Notes under the pieces: model-generated
The model's input: only the letters and a program-made list of their open reading frames with translations
What the model was told of the DNA's origin: nothing
The model's database searches: none
Shown here: positions 62,571 through 64,000 of the stretch, piece after piece
Numbering within the stretch: the first letter of the stretch is position 1
Layout: every line of letters starts with the position of its first letter
Made by a program: the position numbers and the translations under genes
Source of the DNA: an uncultured delta proteobacterium
GTDB taxonomy: Bacteria; Myxococcota_A; Polyangia; Polyangiales; B10-G4
Length of the DNA: 64,000 nt
Direction of reading: 5' to 3'
Assembly (NCBI GenBank): GCA_963727445.1
Contig: CAVSGI010000010.1
Coordinates: 576,001 to 640,000, forward strand

Positions 62571-63653
62571 TCAGAGGGCGACACGGTAGAACGACAGGCC
62601 GACGGCGACGGCTTGGTCGGGGCCCGTCGAAGCGAGCATGAAGACGTCGTCCTCTTCGATGTGGGCGGGCTCGGTCCACGATTCGCCGTCGAAATGGACG
62701 AGTCGGATCGCCTTTCGGAGGATGTGTTTGCTGCAATAGCCGCGGAAGGTGCAGGACACTTCGGCACGCTCCCAGTCGATGAGCGGAACCCAGATGTCGG
62801 TGGGGCTGTACGCGCCGACGGCGACCATCGGCTCGGAGAAGGCGTCGGAGGTGGTCGCTGGAAAGTCCGAGACCGAGAGCGTCGTGCGCAGGACCAGCGC
62901 GTCGTCCGCGATCTCGTAGACGTCGCAGGAGTCCGCGTGCTGCACGAAACCGAGGGCCGACTCGCCATCGGCGCCGGGCGTCAGGCGCACGGCCGGCGTG
63001 TCTCCGCCATCGACGGCGTTGAAGCTCGTTCCGTCGAACGACCGGATCGAGTCAGTGCATTGGACGTAGAGGCGGTCCGAAACCGCGACGACGCGGTGCG
63101 AGTGGCAGCCGGCCGGAAGCGTGATCACTTCGAAGGCGCTGCCGTTCCAGTGGTGGATGCGATCGCGGACGCTCACGTAGACGTCGTCGTCGCTTCGCCC
63201 GTGAATGGCCTCGACCGTCACGCCGCCGAGCCGCGACACGACCCACGCGGAACCATCCCATCGCGCGACCTGCGGACCGGCGTCGATGTAGCCGCCGACC
63301 CACACCGCGCCGTCGGGACCCACCCAGAACGCCGTGATGCTGCGAAACGTCCCCGTCGGTTGGGGCAGCACCGACTGCATCACTCCGTCGCGCTCGAGCG
63401 CGATGGTGCCGTCGCCCATGCGATAACCGACCCACCCCGCGGAGGAAGCGATCTCAGTGACCGAATCGCCCTCGATCGGCGGCGGCTCCTGCTCGAGGAG
63501 CGGGCTCGAAGGCGGAGGGGTCGTGGCGGTCTCACCCGTTCCGATGCAGCCGACACCGGCGCCGACGGAGAGCAGGAGCCCGAGACCCAGGAGACCAGCG
63601 CTCCACAGTGACGTGGAGGATTCGGTGATGTCGACGGTAGTGGTGAACGGCAT
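62571..63653 (-). CDS. Hypothetical lipoprotein (beta-propeller-like, W/FDG repeats)
   Basis: TM + GVGC lipobox; RWDGSAW, HWNGSAF, SFDGTSF, HFDGESW repeats. Confidence 0.65.
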   Translation of the reverse strand: MPFTTTVDITESSTSLWSAGLLGLGLLLSVGAGVGCIGTGETATTPPPSSPLLEQEPPPIEGDSVTEIASSAGWVGYRMGDGTIALERDGVMQSVLPQPTGTFRSITAFWVGPDGAVWVGGYIDAGPQVARWDGSAWVVSRLGGVTVEAIHGRSDDDVYVSVRDRIHHWNGSAFEVITLPAGCHSHRVVAVSDRLYVQCTDSIRSFDGTSFNAVDGGDTPAVRLTPGADGESALGFVQHADSCDVYEIADDALVLRTTLSVSDFPATTSDAFSEPMVAVGAYSPTDIWVPLIDWERAEVSCTFRGYCSKHILRKAIRLVHFDGESWTEPAHIEEDDVFMLASTGPDQAVAVGLSFYRVAL

Positions 63654-63665
63654 GAATGAGACTCG

Positions 63666-63682
63666 AGCAGAGATTGTGCCAA
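63666..63682 (-). promoter_or_regulatory. Putative sigma54 promoter
   Basis: Minus strand TTGGCACAATCTCTGCT, GG-N10-GC, about 13 nt before ATG 63653. Confidence 0.55.
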
Positions 63683-63852
63683 CGCTTCCACCCCTCCTCT
63701 TCGAGCTCGAAGAGACGACGCCGGCGCGCGTGTGCATCGGACTGCACACGTCGCGCAGCCCGATTCACGACCGGCTCGTTCAATGGGTCCGGCGCTGGTC
63801 GTTGTACCCTCGTCGTGGTGGTCACTCCCTTGCTCGCCGCACTCACTGGAAG

Positions 63853-64000
63853 ATGAAGTCGCTCGTCTCACCCACGTCCGTCCTGGGCTTCGTCCTGGTG
63901 CTCGGTTCGTGCGGCCGCATCGACTACGACCCCATCGGCGAGGGCGGGATCGACAGCGGAGGACCACCCGACACCGGGTTGGACTCGGCGCTCGTGGACG
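63853..64000 (+). CDS. Partial lipoprotein (runs off right edge)
   Basis: MKSLVSPTSVLGFVLVLGSCGRIDYDPIGEGG..., CGRxxYD/FD start typical of myxobacterial lipoproteins. Confidence 0.55.
   Translation, partial: MKSLVSPTSVLGFVLVLGSCGRIDYDPIGEGGIDSGGPPDTGLDSALVD

Overview
GC-rich (~70% by eye) bacterial chromosomal segment whose gene content (many Ser/Thr kinases, an FHA-sigma54 activator, TSP3/OmpA proteins, many secreted lipoproteins with Asp/Ala/Gly/Thr linkers, stand-alone atpD-atpC) points to Myxococcota, most likely Polyangia/Sandaracinaceae-like (inference). About 50 genes are supportable. Housekeeping or recognisable genes: atpD, atpC, rnc, tsaA/trmO, yceI, a PlsC-type acyltransferase, ALDH, GH3, LysM-MepA, an L,D-transpeptidase and three LysR regulators. 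Most notable: (1) two oppositely oriented non-coding tandem arrays of ~52-bp palindromic units flanking a structured core (59.07-59.76 kb); (2) an orphan lipoprotein cytochrome with 26 CxxCH motifs; (3) an operon encoding a HAMP-adenylate cyclase, a kinase with a pseudo-receiver domain, and a LysM-FecR protein with a putative beta-barrel; (4) an IS91/ISCR-type rolling-circle transposon with candidate oriIS/terIS ends and a sigma54-type promoter in front of its transposase; (5) a tandem BrxD/DUF2791-like ATPase running off the left edge and missed by the ORF track; (6) a strongly structured intergenic sRNA/terminator candidate at 38.2-38.4 kb. Six +1 frameshifts in five genes, three of them GATC->GAATC, look like long-read/methylation-related sequence errors rather than true pseudogenes. 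No rRNA, tRNA or CRISPR array was recognised. All calls are by eye from motifs; no searches were run.
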